This document shows positions 61,741 to 64,000 of a stretch of DNA of 64,000 nt, in pieces. A program made the position numbers and the translations under genes. The notes under the pieces were generated by a model. The model was not told the DNA's origin. It searched no databases and worked only from the letters and a program-made list of their open reading frames with translations. The stretch comes from an uncultured delta proteobacterium (GTDB taxonomy: Bacteria > Desulfobacterota > Binatia > UBA9968): assembly GCA_963840855.1 (NCBI GenBank), contig CAWJBB010000055.1:12227-76226 (forward strand), written 5' to 3'. Every line of letters starts with the position of its first letter. The first letter of the stretch is position 1.

Positions 61741-62517
61741 CTAGAGGGACGGCCCCGAGAAGCCGTCTCTGCGGATGCGCCAGAAGTGCACCGCCATGAG
61801 AATGCTTGCGACTAGCGGTATGAAAATACAGTGCAGAATGTAGAACCGGAGCAGCGTATGCGGCCCGATTTCGCCGCCACCGAACAGGAACGCGCGGGCG
61901 TCATAGATCGGATTGGCGCCGACGAAATCGGCGAACGGGCCCTCATAACCCAAAAGCGGCGTGGCGCGCGCCATGTTGGAACCGACGGTAACGGCCCAGA
62001 TGGCGAGCTGGTCCCAGGGCAAGAGGTAACCCGTAAAGCTCAAGAGCAAGGTCAGCACCAGCAACAACACGCCGACGATCCAGTTAAATTCCCGCGGCGG
62101 CTTGTACGAGCCGGTCAGAAACACGCGGAACATATGCAGCCACACGAACACGACCATGGCATGGGCCGCCCAGCGGTGCATGTTGCGCATGAGCATGCCG
62201 AAGGGCATGTCGAACTCGAGATATTTCATATCCGCGTAGGCGTACTCCGCCACTGGCCGGTAGTAAAACATCAAGTAAACACCGGTCACAACGGTGACTA
62301 AAAACATCAGAAACGTGAGCCCGCCCATGCACCAGGTAAAGCGCATGCGCACCGCGTGGCGCCGGACTTTGGCGGGGTGGAGGTGGAGGAAAACATTCGC
62401 GGTCACCATCATGACGCGGTTACGCGGCGTGTCATCGTAGCCGTGACGAAAGATCGCCTTCCAGACCTGACTCTCGACGATATCGCTTTTGATTTTCTCT
62501 AGGACATTATTTGCCAT
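61741..62517 (-). CDS. Cytochrome b6-type (N-terminal cytochrome b) subunit
   Basis: WCMGG, RNMHRWAAH, HMFRVF, PREFNW, GYLLPWDQ, RFYILH...VHF. Confidence 0.95.
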   Translation of the reverse strand: MANNVLEKIKSDIVESQVWKAIFRHGYDDTPRNRVMMVTANVFLHLHPAKVRRHAVRMRFTWCMGGLTFLMFLVTVVTGVYLMFYYRPVAEYAYADMKYLEFDMPFGMLMRNMHRWAAHAMVVFVWLHMFRVFLTGSYKPPREFNWIVGVLLLVLTLLLSFTGYLLPWDQLAIWAVTVGSNMARATPLLGYEGPFADFVGANPIYDARAFLFGGGEIGPHTLLRFYILHCIFIPLVASILMAVHFWRIRRDGFSGPSL

Positions 62518-62530
62518 AAACAGTCTTTCG

Positions 62531-63043
62531 TTAGGCTTTCAAAATGCTTTCGGGGTGTTGCTCGTCGGGCTCGGCGTTGGGATTCATCTTGAAGACTTGT
62601 CCTTTGTCGACGACCAGTTGCCCATCTTCGCCAACGGCGATTTTGAAGCGGTCAAGCGGCCGCGGCGCCGGCCCCTCGAAGTTCAAGCCGGATTTAAAGA
62701 AGCCGCTACCGTGGCAGGGACATTTAAACTTGTTCTCAGTGGTAAGCCAGCGTGGCGTGCATCCCAAATGGGTGCACTTGGCGAAAATAGCGTAGACGCC
62801 GGCTTCCTCGCGGATGATCCAGACCCGCTGGTCTTGTTTGTATTTTTCGCTGACTTCGCCAATGGCGTAGTCGGAAATGAGCCCGGCTTTGAACGTTGAC
62901 GGCGGCTGGAAAAGTACCCGTGGAAACGCCGACCGGAGAAATCCAAGGAGACCCAACCCGCCGAAGATTCCGACCCCTCCCCAACCCATGCGAGTAAAGA
63001 AGTCTCTACGCGACCAGATGCCTCGTTTTTCCTTTTCTGCCAT
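62531..63043 (-). CDS. Rieske 2Fe-2S subunit with Tat signal anchor
   Basis: SRRDFF, CTHLGC, CPCHGS, GPAPRPL. Confidence 0.95.
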   Translation of the reverse strand: MAEKEKRGIWSRRDFFTRMGWGGVGIFGGLGLLGFLRSAFPRVLFQPPSTFKAGLISDYAIGEVSEKYKQDQRVWIIREEAGVYAIFAKCTHLGCTPRWLTTENKFKCPCHGSGFFKSGLNFEGPAPRPLDRFKIAVGEDGQLVVDKGQVFKMNPNAEPDEQHPESILKA

Positions 63044-63049
63044 GCTCGG

Positions 63050-63400
63050 TTATCCCTTGATCCAGCTAATCAAAGCGCCCCAAACGATAAAGATCAATCC
63101 GCCCAACATTAGAACTAACCCAATCGGACCGAAAACAAATGACAAGCCGGCTCCTAAACAAAATATCAAGACTCCCGTACCCAGTGGATTGAATGGAGCG
63201 GGAGCCGATCCCTTTTTCTGAGAATCGCCCTCGCCTACATAAACGAACTCCTCGCGAATCAGTGCGAACGCCAGCTCCTTGAGGTCTTCACGTCGCTCTG
63301 GGTCGGCGCCCTGGATCAGACGGCCAAGCTCTTGAGCTAACCTTTCGATCTCTTGTTCGCGCGCTTCGGGCGCTAGATTGGGAGGATCAGGTTCCACCAA
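63050..63400 (-). CDS. Hypothetical membrane protein
   Basis: Charged N-terminus, two C-terminal hydrophobic helices; abuts the Rieske gene. Confidence 0.6.
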   Translation of the reverse strand: MVEPDPPNLAPEAREQEIERLAQELGRLIQGADPERREDLKELAFALIREEFVYVGEGDSQKKGSAPAPFNPLGTGVLIFCLGAGLSFVFGPIGLVLMLGGLIFIVWGALISWIKG

Positions 63401-63464
63401 AGATTAGAAAAATTGATTAGTATAGAATTGCATGCTTGTCAACAAATCCGCCGCCACCGGAGCC

Positions 63465-63947
63465 CTATCGGCACAATAAAACCACCGCCGTTGCCGCCAT
63501 GCCCTTGCCTTGTCCAACCCAGCCAAGTTTTTCGGTGGTGGTCGCTTTGATATTGATCCTGTTTTCGCCCACTTTTAAGCAACGCGCCACGTTTTTGCGC
63601 ATCGTCGCATAGTGGCGCGCGACTTTAGGTTGTTGCGCCAACAGCGTCACATCCAGGTTGACCAGTTTGAAGCGTTTACGGCGCGTGATCTGGAGCACCC
63701 GGTCCAGCAACTTGCCGCTGGCGATACCTTTGTAACGCGCGTCCGTGTCGGGGAAATGCGCGCCGATATCTCCTTCCCCCATGGCGCCGAGAAGCGCGTT
63801 GATAATCGCGTGCAGCACGACGTCGGCATCCGAGTGGCCAGACAGACCCTTGCTATAGGGAATCTCGAGCCCCGCCAAGATCAGCTTGCGCCCGCGCACA
63901 AGGCGGTGGACGTCGAAGCCGTGTCCGATGCGAAAGACCCGCGCCAT
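63465..63947 (-). CDS. ispF: 2-C-methyl-D-erythritol 2,4-cyclodiphosphate synthase
   Basis: RIGHGFDVH, GHSDADV, GDIGAHFPD, KATTTEKLG. Confidence 0.98.
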   Translation of the reverse strand: MARVFRIGHGFDVHRLVRGRKLILAGLEIPYSKGLSGHSDADVVLHAIINALLGAMGEGDIGAHFPDTDARYKGIASGKLLDRVLQITRRKRFKLVNLDVTLLAQQPKVARHYATMRKNVARCLKVGENRINIKATTTEKLGWVGQGKGMAATAVVLLCR

Positions 63948-63950
63948 GTC

Positions 63951-64000
63951 TTAGAACCCCATTTTCATCACCGATTTAGCGAGTGGCGGCACGGTGCGCG
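63951..64000 (-). CDS. 3' end of an unidentified upstream gene (partial)
   Basis: ...RTVPPLAKSVMKMGF* ending 3 nt before the ispF start. Confidence 0.45.
   Translation of the reverse strand, partial: RTVPPLAKSVMKMGF

Noticed and set aside
1-64000. tRNA, rRNA, riboswitch or prophage genes
   Set aside because: None recognised by eye; a covariance-model search would be needed to exclude small RNAs.

Overview
GC-rich bacterial chromosomal window. The gene content suggests a deltaproteobacterial / Ca. Binatia-like organism, which is an inference only. In order it holds: a housekeeping block (M23 peptidase, pgpA-cinA-thpR-recA-recX-alaS, phoH); a benzoate-CoA ligase with a Liv-type ABC importer; a long accessory catabolic region (amidohydrolase, VOC proteins, lone xanthine-dehydrogenase-type Mo subunit, UbiD, ASST, 4,5-dihydroxyphthalate-decarboxylase-like protein, tandem alpha/beta hydrolases, several orphan solute-binding proteins); IS1182 and IS21 elements; acs; a GT2-GtrA-GT-C triple fusion; a Rieske/cytochrome b6/subunit IV/octaheme cytochrome c/cupredoxin-like operon; and ispF. 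The most striking hidden structure is a dense set of short palindromic repeat families in the intergenic gaps. A GxxExxY putative nuclease gene is bracketed by 29-bp inverted repeats inside the ABC operon, and gene-less relatives of those repeats occur elsewhere. Repeats are nested inside one another, an IS1182 splits a repeat hairpin, and there is a RAYT remnant. Two genes, one a B3-like metallo-beta-lactamase, sit between degenerate attC sites with no integrase. About ten single-base frameshifts, some in genes that should be functional, point to assembly indel errors, so pseudogene calls are provisional.
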